From NCBI RefSeq assembly GCF_009914755.1, contig NC_060948.1: DNA of 64,000 bases; one strand, 5' to 3'. The notes under the pieces were generated by a model, which ran no database searches, had not been told where the DNA came from, and saw only the letters and a list, made by a program, of their open reading frames with translations. Below, piece by piece: positions 42,852 to 57,097 of the stretch (the first letter of the stretch is position 1; every line of letters starts with the position of its first letter). Made by a program: the position numbers and the translations under genes. This DNA is from the human T2T-CHM13v2.0 reference genome, Homo sapiens.

Positions 42852-45800
42852 GAATTCATTGGAATGGAAGGGAATGTAGTGTAATGGACAGGCCTGGAAT
42901 AAAGTGGAATGCTACGGTCTCGAATGGAATAAAAATGTATGGAATGGAATGCAATGAAACGGAATCGAATGTCATAGAATGTAATGGAATGCAAAAAAAT
43001 GGAATCCAAAATCATTGACTGGAAAGGCTGGGTGTCGAAAGGAATTGACTCCAATGGAATGGAATCGAATGGAATGGAAGTGAATAGAATCGAACTAAAT
43101 CGAATGGAATGGAATTGATAGGAACGGAATGGAAAGGAATGCAATGATTTGGCATGGAATGGAATCGAATGGCATCGAATGGAATGGAATGGAATGCAAT
43201 GGAATGGAATGTATTAGAATGTAATGAACTTTAATGGAATGTACTCGAATGGATTCGACTGGAATGGAATGTTCTGGAAGTGAATGGACTCCAATGGAAT
43301 GGATTCAAAAGGAATGGAATCTAATGGAATGGAATTAAATGGAAATGAATCAAATTGAATAGCACGGAATTGAATTGAATGAAATGGAATGCAATGGAAT
43401 CTAATGAAACGGAAAGGAAAGGAATGGAATGGAATGGAATGGGCTGGAATGGAAAGGAATCGAAACGAATGGAATGGAATCGAACTGAAGAGACTGGAAT
43501 GGAATGCACTGGAATGGAAGGGAGTGTAATGGAAGGTTCTCGAAAAAAATGGAATTGAATGGAATGGAATTGAATGGAACGGAATAGAGTCGAATGGAAT
43601 TGAATGGAGTGGAATGGACTAGAGTGAAATGGAATCGAACCACATGGAATGGACAGGAATAGAATGGTCTCGAATTGAATGGAATCGTATGGAATGGCAT
43701 CAAACGGAATGGAATGGACAGCCACGGAATGGAATGCACTCGAATGCAATGGAGTCGAAACTTATGGACTGGAATAGAATGGACTCGACTGGTACGGACT
43801 CCAATGGAATGGAATCGAATGGAAGGGAATCGAACGGAATGGACTCGAAGGGAAAAGACTGCAATGGAAAGGTCTCGAATGGAATGGAAATTAATGGAAT
43901 GGAATGGAATCGAATGAAATGGAGTCAAAAGGAATGGAATCGAATGGCAAGAAATCGAATGTAATGGAATCGCAAGGAATTGATGTGAACGGAACGGAAT
44001 GGAATGGAATCCAAAGGAATGGAATAGAATGGAATGGAATCGAATGGAAAGGACTCGAATGGAAATCACTCGAATAGAATGCAATTTAATAAAATAGGAT
44101 CAAATGTAATGGAATGGAATGGAAAGGAATCGAAACGAAAGGAATGGAGACAGATGGAATGGAATGGAACAGAGAGCAATGGTATAGAATGGAATGGAAT
44201 CATCTGGAATGGAATTGAATGGAATGGAATAATATGAAATGGAATGGAATGGAATGGAATGGAATGCCCTTGAATTAAATGGACTGGAATGGAATGGACT
44301 CGAACAGAGTGGAATGGAAAGTGTTGAGATAGAATGGAATGGACTCCTTTGGAATGGTGTAGTATGCAATGCAATCGACTGGCAGGGAATCAAAAGGAAT
44401 GTAATGGAATGGATTGGACTGGAATGCAATGGACTCGAATAGATTGGAAACGGAATGCAAAGGAATGGAATGGAATAGTATGGAATGGAATGGAAAGGAA
44501 TGGAGTGGAATAGACTAGAGTGGAATGGAATGGACTGGAAAGCAATGGACTGGAATGGAACTTTCTTGAATGGACTGGAACCAAACGGAATGGAATGCAA
44601 TGCAATCAAATGGCATGGAATAAAATAGAATGAAAGAGAATCAAATGGAATTGAATCGAATGGAATCGAATGGATTGGAAAGGAATAGAATGGAATGGAA
44701 TGGAATTGACTCAAATGGAATGGACTAGAATGGAATGGATTCGAATGGAAGGCAAAGGAATGGAATCTATTGGAATGGACTGTAATGGAATGGAATGGAA
44801 GGGATTGGAATGGACTCGAATGGAATGGACTGCAATAGAAAGGATTCGAATGGAATGAAAAAGAATTGAATGGAATAGAACAGAATGGAATCAAATCGAA
44901 TGAAATGGAATGGAATAGAAAGGAATGGAATGAAATGGAATGGAAAGGATTCGAATGGAATGCAATCGAATGGAATGGAATCGAACGGAATGGAATAAAA
45001 TGGAAGAAAACTGGCAAGAAATGGAATCGAAATGAATGGAGTGTTATGGAACGGACTCAAAAGGAATTGAATGTAATAGAATGGAGTGGAGTGGACTCGA
45101 ATATAATGGACTGGAATGGAATGAAATCACATGGAATGGGAACGAATGGAATGGAATGGAAAGGAATGGAATCGAATGGAAAGGAATCGAATGGAAGGGA
45201 ATGAAATTGAATCAACAGGAATGGAAGGGAATAGAATAGACGGTAATGGAATGGACTCGAATAGAATGGACACGAATGCTCAAATTGAATGGACTCGAAT
45301 GGAATGGAAACGAAAGGAATGTCATCGAATGGAATTGAATCGATTGGAATGAAATCGCATAGAATGGAGTGGAATCAAATGGAATTGAATCGAAAGGAAA
45401 GGAAGCGAATGGACTGAAATGAAATGGAATGGAATTGAATGGAAAGTAATGCAATGGAATAGAATGGAACGAAATTTCACGGAATGGAATCAAACTGAAT
45501 GGAATCAAATCAATGGAATCTAATCAAATGGAATGGAAAGGAATTGAATGGAGTAGATTGGATTGGATGGGATTAGAATGAAATGTACTGGAAAGGACTC
45601 GAATTTCATGAAACGGAATGGAATGAATTGGAACGGAATGGACTCGAATGGAATGGAATGTCATGGAATGGCATCAAATGGAATGGCATCAAATGGAATG
45701 GAATCGAATGCAATGGAATGTTATGGAATGGAATGGAATGCATTGGAATGGAATGTCCTCTAATGGAATGGATTCGAGTGGAATGGAATCGAATATAATG

Positions 45801-46405
45801 GAGTCGAATGAAATGGAATTGAAAGGAATGGGATCGAATAGAATGGAATATACTGGAATGTAATGTAATGAACTCGAATGTAATTGACTGGAATGGAATG
45901 TACATGAATGGAAGGTAATCGAATGGAAAGTAATCCAATGGAATAGAATCTAATGCAATAAAACCGACTCAGATAGAGTAGAATGTAATGGAATGGAGTG
46001 CAGTGCAATGGAATGGAATGGAATTGAATGCAATGGAATGGAATGGAATGGAATGGAATGGAATGGAATGGAATGGAATGGGATGGAATGGTATGGAATG
46101 GATAGTAATGGACTGGAGTGAAATGGACTGGAAAGGAATGGACTCAAATTGAAAGGGCTCGAAAGGAATGGTGTCAAATGGAATGGTCTGGAATGGAATG
46201 AACACGAATGTAATGCAGTCCAATAGAATGGAATCGAATGGCATGGAATATAAAGAAATGGATTCGAAGAGAATGGAAACAAATGGAATGGAATTGAATG
46301 GAATGGAATTGAATGGAATGGGAACGAATGGAGTGAAATTGTATGCAGTAGAAGGGAATAGAATGGAATGCAAGCGAAAGGAAAGGAATGGATTGGAATG
46401 GAATG
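42852..46405 (+). repeat. DYZ1 unit U13 (3554 bp)
   Basis: GAATTC at 42852 and 46406. 15-bp deletion near 43320. Confidence 0.92.
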
Positions 46406-49400
46406 GAATTCATTGGAATGGAAGGGAATGTAGTGTAATGGACAGGCCTGGAATAAAGTGGAATGCTACGGTCTCGAATGGAATAAAAATGTATGGAATG
46501 GAATGCAATGAAATGGAATCGAATGTCATAGAATGTAATGGAATGCAACAAAATGGAATCCAAAATCATTGACTGGAAAGGCTGGGTGTCGAAAGGAATT
46601 GACTCCAATGGAATGGAATCGAATGGAATGGAAGTGAATAGAATCGAACTAAATCGAATGGAATGGAATTGATAGGAACGGAATGGAAAGGAATGCAATG
46701 ATTTGGCATGGAATGGAATCGAATGGCATCGAATGGAATGGAATGGAATGCAATGGAATGGAATGTATTAGAATGTAATGAACTTTAATGGAATGTACTC
46801 GAATGGATTCGACTGGAATGGAATGTTCTGGAAGTGAATGGACTCCAATGGAATGGATTCAAAAGGAATGGAATCGTACGGAATGGAATCTAATGGAATG
46901 GAATTAAATGGAAATGAATCAAATTGAATAGCACGGAATTGAATTGAATGGAATGGAATGCAATGGAATCTAATGAAACGGAAAGGAAAGGAATGGAATG
47001 GAATGGAATGGGCTGGAATGGAAAGGAATCGAAACGAATGGAATGGAATCGAACTGAAGAGACTGGAATGGAATGCACTGGAATGGAAGGGAGTGTAATG
47101 GAAGGTTCTCGAAAATAATGGAATCGAATGGAATGGAATTGAATGGAACGGAATAGAGTCGAATGGAATTGAATGGAATGGAATGGACTAGAGTGAAATG
47201 GAATCGAACCACAAGGAATGGACAGGAATAGAATGGTCTCGAATTGAATGGAATCGTATGGAATGGCATCAAACGGAATGGAATGGACAGCCACGGAATG
47301 GAATGCACTCGAATGCAATGGAGTCGAAACTAATGGACTGGAATAGAATGGACTCGACTGGTACGGACTCCAATGGAATGGAATCGAATGGAAGGGAATC
47401 GAACGGAATGGACTCGAAGGGAAAAGACTGCAATGGAAAGGTCTCGAATGGAATGGAAATTAATGGAATGGAATGGAATCGAATGAAATGGAGTCAAAAG
47501 GAATGGAATCGAATGGCAAGAAATCGAATGTAATGGAATCGCAAGGAATTGATGTGAACGGAACGGAATGGAATGGAATCCAAAGGAATGGAATAGAATG
47601 GAATGGAATCGAATGGAAAGGACTCGAATGGAAATCACTCGAATAGAATGCAATTTAATAAAATAGGATCAAATGTAATGGAATGGAATGGAAAGGAATC
47701 GAAACGAAAGGAATGGAGACAGATGGAATGGAATGGAACAGAGAGCAATGGTATAGAATGGAATGGAATCATCTGGAATGGAATTGAATGGAATGGAATA
47801 ATATGAAATGGAATGGAATGGAATGGAATGGAATGCCCTTGAATTAAATGGACTGGAATGGAATGGACTCGAACAGAGTGGAATGGAAAGTGTTGAGATA
47901 GAATGGAATGGACTCCTTTGGAATGGTCTAGTATGCAATGCAATCGACTGTCAGGGAATCAAAAGGAATGTAATCGAATGGATTGGACTGGAATGCAATG
48001 GACTCGAATAGATTGGAAACGGAATGCAAAGGAATGGAATGGAATAGTATGGAATGGAATGGAAAGGAATGGAGTGGAATAGACTAGAGTGGAATGGAAT
48101 GGACTGGAAAGCAATGGACTGGAATGGAACTTTCTTGGATGGACTGGAATCAAACGGAATGGAATGCAATGTAATCAAATGGCATGGAATAAAATAGAAT
48201 GAAAGAGAATCAAATGGAATTGAATCGAATGGAATCGAATGGATTGTAAAGGAATAGAATGGAATGGAATGGAATTGACTCAAATGGAATGGACTAGAAT
48301 GGAATGGATTCGAATGGAAGGCAAAGGAATGGAATCTATTGGAATGGACTGTAATGGAATGGAATGGAAGGGATTGGAATGGACTCGAATGGAATGGACT
48401 GCAATAGAAAGGATTCGAATGGAATGAAAAAGAATTGAATGGAATAGAACAGAATGGAATCAAATCGAATGAAATGGAATGGAATAGAAAGGAATGGAAT
48501 GAAATGGAATGGAAAGGATTCGAATGGAATGCAATCGAATGGAATGGAATCGAACGGAATGGAATAAAATGGAAGAAAACTGGCAAGAAATGGAATCGAA
48601 ATGAATGGAGTGTTATGGAACGGACTCAAAAGGAATTGAATGTAATAGAATGGAGTGGAGTGGACTCGAATATAATGGACTGGAATGGAATGAAATCACA
48701 TGGAATGGGAACGAATGGAATGGAATGGAAAGGAATGGAATCGAATGGAAAGGAATCGAATGGAAGGGAATGAAATTGAATCAACAGGAATGGAAGGGAA
48801 TAGAATAGACGGTAATGGAATGGACTCGAATAGAATGGACACGAATGCTCAAATTGAATGGATTCGAATGGAATGGAAACGAAAGGAATGTCATCGAATG
48901 GAATTGAATCGATTGGAATGAAATCGCATAGAATGGAGTGGAATCAAATGGAATTGAATCGAAAGGAAAGGAAGCGAATGGACTGAAATGAAATGGAATG
49001 GAATTGAATGGAAAGTAATGCAATGGAATAGAATGGAACGAAATTTCACGGAATGGAATCAAACTGAATGGAATCAAATCAATGGAATCTAATCAAATGG
49101 AATGGAAAGGAATTGAATGGAGTAGATTGGATTGGATGGGATTGGAATGAAATGTACTGGAAAGGACTCGAATTTCATGAAACGGAATGGAATGAATTGG
49201 AACGGAATGGACTCGAATGGAATGGAATGTCATGGAATGGCATCGAATGGAATGGCATCAAATGGAATGGAATCGAATGCAATGGAATGTTATGGAATGG
49301 AATGGAATGCATTGGAATGGAATGTCCTCTAATGGAATGGATTCGAGTGGAATGGAATCGAATATAATGGAGTCGAATGAAATGGAATTGAAAGGAATGG

Positions 49401-49969
49401 GATCGAATAGAATGGAATATACTGGAATGTAATGTAATGAACACGAATGTAATTGACTGGAATGGAATGTACATGAATGGAAGGTAATCGAATGGAAAGT
49501 AATCCAATGGAATAGAATCTAATGCAATAAAACCGAATCAGATAGAGTAGAATGTAATGGAATGGAGTGCAGTGCAATGGAATGGAATGGAATTGAATGC
49601 AATGGAATGGAATGGAATGGAATGGAATGGAATGGAATGGTATGGAATGGATAGTAATGGACTGGAGTGAAATGGACTGGAGTGAAATGGACTGGAAAGG
49701 AATGGACTCAAATTGAAAGGGCTCGAAAGGAATGGAGTCAAATGGAATGGTCTGGAATGGAATGAACACGAATGTAATGCAATCCAATAGAATGGAATCG
49801 AATGGCATGGAATATAAAGAAATGGAATCGAAGAGAATGGAAACAAATGGAATGGAATTGAATGGAATGGAATTGAATGGAATGGGAACGAATGGAGTGA
49901 AATTGTATGCAGTAGAAGGGAATAGAATGGAATGCAAGCGAAAGGAAAGGAATGGATTGGAATGGAATG
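46406..49969 (+). repeat. DYZ1 unit U14 (3564 bp)
   Basis: GAATTC at 46406 and 49970. 15-bp duplication at 49659-49688. Confidence 0.92.
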
Positions 49970-52900
49970 GAATTCATTGGAATGGAAGGGAATGTAGTGT
50001 AATGGACAGGCCTGGAATAAAGTGGAATGCTACGGTCTCGAATGGAATAAAAATGTATGGAATGGAATGCAATGAAACGGAATCGAATGTCATAGAATGT
50101 AATGGAATGCAACAAAATGGAATCCAAAATCATTGACTGGAAAGGCTGGGTGTCGAAAGGAATTGACTCCAATGGAATGGAATAGAATGGAATGGAAGTG
50201 AATAGAATCGAACTAAATCGAATGGAATGGAATTGATAGGAACGGAATGGAAAGGAATGCAATGATTTGGCATGGAATGGAATCGAATGGCATCGAATGG
50301 AATGGAATGGAATGGAATGCAATGGAATGGAATGTATTAGAATGTAATGAACTTTAATGGAATGTACTCGAATGGATTCGACTGGAATGGAATGTTCTGG
50401 AAGTGAATGGACTCCAATGGAATGGATTCAAAAGGAATGGAATTGTACGGAATGGAATCTAATGGAATGGAATTAAATGGAAATGAATCAAATTGAATAG
50501 CACGGAATTGAATTGAATGGAATGGAATGCAATGGAATCTAATGAAACGGAAAGGAAAGGAATGGAATGGAATGGAATGGGCTGGAATGGAAAGGAATCG
50601 AAACGAATGGAATGGAATCGAACTGAAGAGACTGGAATGGAATGCACTGGAATGGAAGGGAGTGTAATGGAAGGTTCTCGAAAAAAATGGAATCGAATGG
50701 AATGGAATTGAATGGAACGGAATAGAGTCGAATGGAATTGAATGGAATGGAATGGACTAGAGTGAAATGGAAACGAACCACAAGGAATGGACAGGAATAG
50801 AATGGTCTCGAATTGAATGGAATCGTATGGAATGGCATCAAACGGAATGGAATGGACAGCCACGGAATGGAATGCACTCGAATGCAATGGAGTCGAAACT
50901 AATGGACTTTAATAGAATGGACTCGACTGGTACGGACTCCAATGGAATGGAATCGAATGGAAGGGAATCGAACGGAATGGACTCGAAGGGAAAAGACTGC
51001 AATGGAAAGGTCTCGAATGGAATGGAAATTAATGGAATGGAATGGAATCGAATGAAATGGAGTCAAAAGGAATGGAATCGAATGGCAAGAAATCGAATGT
51101 AATGGAATCGCAAGGAATTGATGTGAACGGAACGGAATGGAATGGAATCCAAAGGAATGGAATAGAATGGAATGGAATCGAATGGAAAGGACTCGAATGG
51201 AAATCACTCGAATAGAATGCAATTTAATAAAATAGGATCAAATGTAATGGAATGGAATGGAAAGGAATCGAAACGAAAGGAATGGAGACAGTTGGAATGG
51301 AATAGAACAGCGAGCAATGGTATAGAATGGAATGGAATCATCTGGAATGGAATTGAATGGAATGGAATAATATGAAATGGAATGGAATGGAATGGAATGG
51401 AATGCCCTTGAATTAAATGGACTGGAATGGAATGGACTCGAACAGAGTGGAATGGAAAGTGTTGAGATAGAATGGAATGGACTCCTTTGGAATGGTGTAG
51501 TATGCAATGCAATCGACTGGCAGGGAATCAAATGGAATGTAATCGAATGGATTGGACTGGAATGCAATGGACTCGAATAGATTGCAAACGGAATGCAAAG
51601 GAATGGAATGGAATAGTATGGAATGGAATGGAAAGGAATGGAGTGGAATAGACTAGAGTGGAATGGAATGGACTGGAAAGCAATGGACTGGAATGGAACT
51701 TTCTTGAATGGACTGGAATCAAACGGAATGGAATGCAATGCAATCAAATGGCATGGAATAAAATAGAATGAAAGAGAATCAAATGGAATTGAATCGAATG
51801 GAATCGAATGGATTGGAAAGGAATAGAATGGAATGGAATGGAATGGACTCAAATGGAATGGACTAGAATGGAATGGATTCGAATGGAAGGCAAAGGAATG
51901 GAATCTATTGGAATGGACTGTAATGGAATGGAATGGAAGGGATTGGAATGGACTCGAATGGAATGGACTGCAATAGAAAGGATTCGAATGGAATGAAAAA
52001 GAATTGAATGGAATAGAACAGAATGGAATCAAATCGAATGAAATGGAATGGAATAGAAAGGAATGGAATGAAATGGAATGGAAAGGATTCGAATGGAATG
52101 CAATCGAATGGAATGGAATCGAACGGAATGGAATAAAATGGAAGAAAACTGGCAAGAAATGGAATCGAAATGAATGGAGTGTTATGGAACGGACTCAAAA
52201 GGAATTGAATGTAATAGAATGGAGTGGAGTGGACTCGAATATAATGGACTGGAATGGAATGAAATCACATGGAATGGGAACGAATGGAATGGAATGGAAA
52301 GGAATGGAATCGAATGGAAAGGAATCGAATGGAAGGGAATGAAATTGAATCAACAGGAATGGAAGGGAATAGAATAGACGGTAATGGAATGGACTCGAAT
52401 AGAATGGACACGAATGCTCAAATTGAATGGACTCGAATGGAATGGAAACGAAAGGAATGTCATCGAATGGAATTGAATCGATTGGAATGAAATCGCATAG
52501 AATGGAGTGGAATCAAATGGAATTGAATCGAAAGGAAAGGAAGCGAATGGACTGAAATGAAATGGAATGGAATTGAATGGAAAGTAATGCAATGGAATAG
52601 AATGGAACGAAATTTCACGGAATGGAATCAAACTGAATGGAATCAAATCAATGGAATCAAATCAAATGGAATGGAAAGGAATTGAATGGAGTAGATTGGA
52701 TTGGATGGGATTGGAATGAAATGTACTGGAAAGGACTCGAATTTCATGAAACGGAATGGAATGAATTGGAACGGAATGGACTCGAATGGAATGGAATGTC
52801 ATGGAATGGCATCAAATGGAATGGCATCAAATGGAATGGAATCGAATGCAATGGAATGCTATGGAATGGAATGGAATGCATTGGAATGGAATGTCCTCTA

Positions 52901-53533
52901 ATGGAATGGATTCGAGTGGAATGGAATCGAATATAATGGAGTCGAATGAAATGGAATTGAAAGGAATGGGATCGAATACAATGGAATATACTGGAATGTA
53001 ATGTAATGAACTCGAATGTAATTGACTGGAATGGAATGTACGTGAATGGAATATAATCGAATGGAAAGTAATCCAATGGAATAGAATCTAATGCAATAAA
53101 ATCGACTCAGATAGAGTAGAATGTAATGGAAAGGAGTGCAGTGCAATGGAATGGAATGGAATGGAATGCAATTGAATGGAATGGAATGGAATGGAATGGA
53201 ATGTAATGGGATGGAATGGTATGGAATGGATAGTAATGGACTGGAGTGAAATGGACTGGAAAGGAATATACTCAAATTGAAAGGGCTCGAAAGGAATGGA
53301 GTCAACTGGAATGGTCTGGAATGGAATGAACACGAATGTAATGCAATCCAATAGAATGGAATCGAATGGCATGGAATATAAAGAAATGGAATCGGAGAGA
53401 ATGGAAACAAATGGAATGGAAATGAATGGAATGGAATTGAATGGAATGGGAACGAATGGAGTGAAATTGTATGCAGTAGAAGGGAATAGAATGGAATGCA
53501 AGCGAAAGGAAAGGAATGGATTGGAATGGAATG
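49970..53533 (+). repeat. DYZ1 unit U15 (3564 bp)
   Basis: GAATTC at 49970 and 53534. Confidence 0.92.
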
Positions 53534-56500
53534 GAATTCATTGGAATGGAAGGGAATGTAGTGTAATGGACAGGCCTGGAATAAAGTGGAATGCTACGGT
53601 CTCGAATGGAATAAAAATGTATGGAATGGAATGCAATGAAATGGAATCGAATGTCATAGAATGTAATGGAATGCAACAAAATGGAATCCAATATCATTGA
53701 CTGGAAAGGCTGGGTGTCGAAAGGAATTGACTCCAATGGAATGGAATCGAATGGAATGGAAGTGAATAGAATCGAACTAAATCGAATGGAATGGAATTGA
53801 TAGGAACGGAATGGAAAGGAATGCAATGATTTGGCATGGAATGGAATCGAATGGCATCGAATGGAATGGAATGGAATGCAATGGAATGGAATGTATTAGA
53901 ATGTAATGAACTTTAATGGAATGTACTCGAATGGATTCGACTGGAATGGAATGTTCTGGAAGTGAATGGACTCCAATGGAATGGATTCAAAAGGAATGGA
54001 ATCGTACGGAATGGAATCTAATGGAATGGAATTAAATGGAAATGAATCAAATTGAATAGCACGGAATTGAATTGAATGGAATGGAATGCAATGGAATCTA
54101 ATGAAACGGAAAGGAAAGGAATGGAATGGAATGGAATGGGCTGGAATGGAAAGGAATCGAAACGAATGGAATGGAATCGAACTGAAGAGACTGGAATGGA
54201 ATGCACTGGAATGGAAGGGAGTGTAATGGAAGGTTCTCGAAAAAAATGGAATCGAATGGAATGGAATTGAATGGAACGGAATAGAGTCGAATGGAATTGA
54301 ATGGAATGGAATGGACTAGAGTGAAATGGAATCGAACCACAAGGAATGGAGAGGAATAGAATGGTCTCGAATTGAATGGAATCGTATGGAATGGCATCAA
54401 ACGGAATGGAATGGACAGCCACGGAATGGAATGCACTCGAATGCAATGGAGTCGAAACTAATGGACTGGAATAGAATGGACTCGACTGGTACGGACTCCA
54501 ATGGAATGGAATCGAATGGAAGGGAATCGAACGGAATGGACTCGAAGGGAAAAGACTGCAATGGAAAGGTCTCGAATGGAATGGAAATTAATGGAATGGA
54601 ATGGAATCGAATGAAATGGAGTCAAAAGGAATGGAATCGAATGGCAAGAAATCGAATGTAATGGAATCGCAAGGAATTGATGTGAACGGAACGGAATGGA
54701 ATGGAATCCAAAGGAATGGAATAGAATGGAATGGAATCGAATGGAAAGGACTCGAATGGAAATCACTCGAATAGAATGCAATTTAATAAAATAGGATCAA
54801 ATGTAATGGAATGGAATGGAAAGGAATCGAAACGAAAGGAATGGAGACAGATGGAATGGAATGGAACAGAGAGCAATGGTATAGAATGGAATGGAATCAT
54901 CTGGAATGGAATTGAATGGAATGGAATAATATGAAATGGAATGGAATGGAATGGAATGGAATGGAATGCCCTTGAATTAAATGGACTGGAATGGAATGGA
55001 CTCGAACAGAGTGGAATGGAAAGTGTTGAGATAGAATGGAATGGACTCCTTTGGAATGGTCTAGTATGCAATGCAATCGACTGTCAGGGAATCAAAAGGA
55101 ATGTAATCGAATGGATTGGACTGGAATGCAATGGACTCGAATAGATTGGAAACGGAATGCAAAGGAATGGAATGGAATACTATGGAATGGAATGGAAAGG
55201 AATGGAGTGGAATAGACTAGAGTGGAATGGAATGGACTGGAAAGCAATGGACTGGAATGGAACTTTCTTGAATGGACTGGAATCAAACGGAATGGAATGC
55301 AATGCAATCAAATGGCATGGAATAAAATAGAATGAAAGAGAATCAAATGGAATTGAATCGAATGGAATCGAATGGATTGTAAAGGAATAGAATGGAATGG
55401 AATGGAATTGACTCAAATGGAATGGACTAGAATGGAATGGATTCGAATGGAAGGCAAAGGAATGGAATCTATTGGAATGGACTGTAATGGAATGGAATGG
55501 AAGGGATTGGAATGGACTCGAATGGAATGGACTGCAATAGAAAGGATTCGAATGGAATGAAAAAGAATTGAATGGAATAGAACAGAATGGAATCAAATCG
55601 AATGAAATGGAATGGAATAGAAAGGAATGGAATGAAATGGAATGGAAAGGATTCGAATGGAATGCAATCGAATGGAATGGAATCGAACGGAATGGAATAA
55701 AATGGAAGAAAACTGGCAAGAAATGGAATCGAAATGAATGGAGTGTTATGGAACGGACTCAAAAGGAATTGAATGTAATAGAATGGAGTGGAGTGGACTC
55801 GAATATAATGGACTGGAATGGAATGAAATCACATGGAATGGGAACGAATGGAATGGAATGGAAAGGAATGGAATCGAATGGAAAGGAATCGAATGGAAGG
55901 GAATGAAATTGAATCAACAGGAATGGAAGGGAATAGAATAGACGGTAATGGAATGGACTCGAATAGAATGGACACGAATGCTCAAATTGAATGGACTCGA
56001 ATGGAATGGAAACGAAAGGAATGTCATCGAATGGAATTGAATCGATTGGAATGAAATCGCATAGAATGGAGTGGAATCAAATGGAATTGAATCGAAAGGA
56101 AAGGAAGCGAATGGACTGAAATGAAATGGAATGGAATTGAATGGAAAGTAATGCAATGGAATAGAATGGAACGAAATTTCACGGAATGGAATCAAACTGA
56201 ATGGAATCAAATCAATGGAATCAAATCAAATGGAATGGAAAGGAATTGAATGGAGTAGATTGGATTGGATGGGATTGGAATGAAATGTACTGGAAAGGAC
56301 TCGAATTTCATGAAACGGAATGGAATGAATTGGAACGGAATGGACTCGAATGGAATGGAATGTCATGGAATGGCATCAAATGGAATGGCATCAAATGGAA
56401 TGGAATCGAATGCAATGGAATGCTATGGAATGGAATGGAATGCATTGGAATGGAATGTCCTCTAATGGAATGGATTCGAGTGGAATGGAATCGAATATAA

Positions 56501-57097
56501 TGGAGTCGAATGAAATGGAATTGAAAGGAATGGGATCGAATACAATGGAATATACTGGAATGTAATGTAATGAACTCGAATGTAATTGACTGGAATGGAA
56601 TGTACGTGAATGGAATATAATCGAATGGAAAGTAATCCAATGGAATAGAATCTAATGCAATAAAATCGACTCAGATAGAGTAGAATGTAATGGAAAGGAG
56701 TGCAGTGCAATGGAATGGAATGGAATGGAATGCAATTGAATGGAATGGAATGGAATGGAATGGAATGTAATGGGATGGAATGGTATGGAATGGATAGTAA
56801 TGGACTGGAGTGAAATGGACTGGAAAGGAATATACTCAAATTGAAAGGGCTCGAAAGGAATGGAGTCAACTGGAATGGTCTGGAATGGAATGAACACGAA
56901 TGTAATGCAATCCAATAGAATGGAATCGAATGGCATGGAATATAAAGAAATGGAATCGGAGAGAATGGAAACAAATGGAATGGAAATGAATGGAATGGAA
57001 TTGAATGGAATGGGAACGAATGGAGTGAAATTGTATGCAGTAGAAGGGAATAGAATGGAATGCAAGCGAAAGGAAAGGAATGGATTGGAATGGAATG
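53534..57097 (+). repeat. DYZ1 unit U16 (3564 bp)
   Basis: GAATTC at 53534 and 57098. The 3' part shares private variants with U15. Confidence 0.92.
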
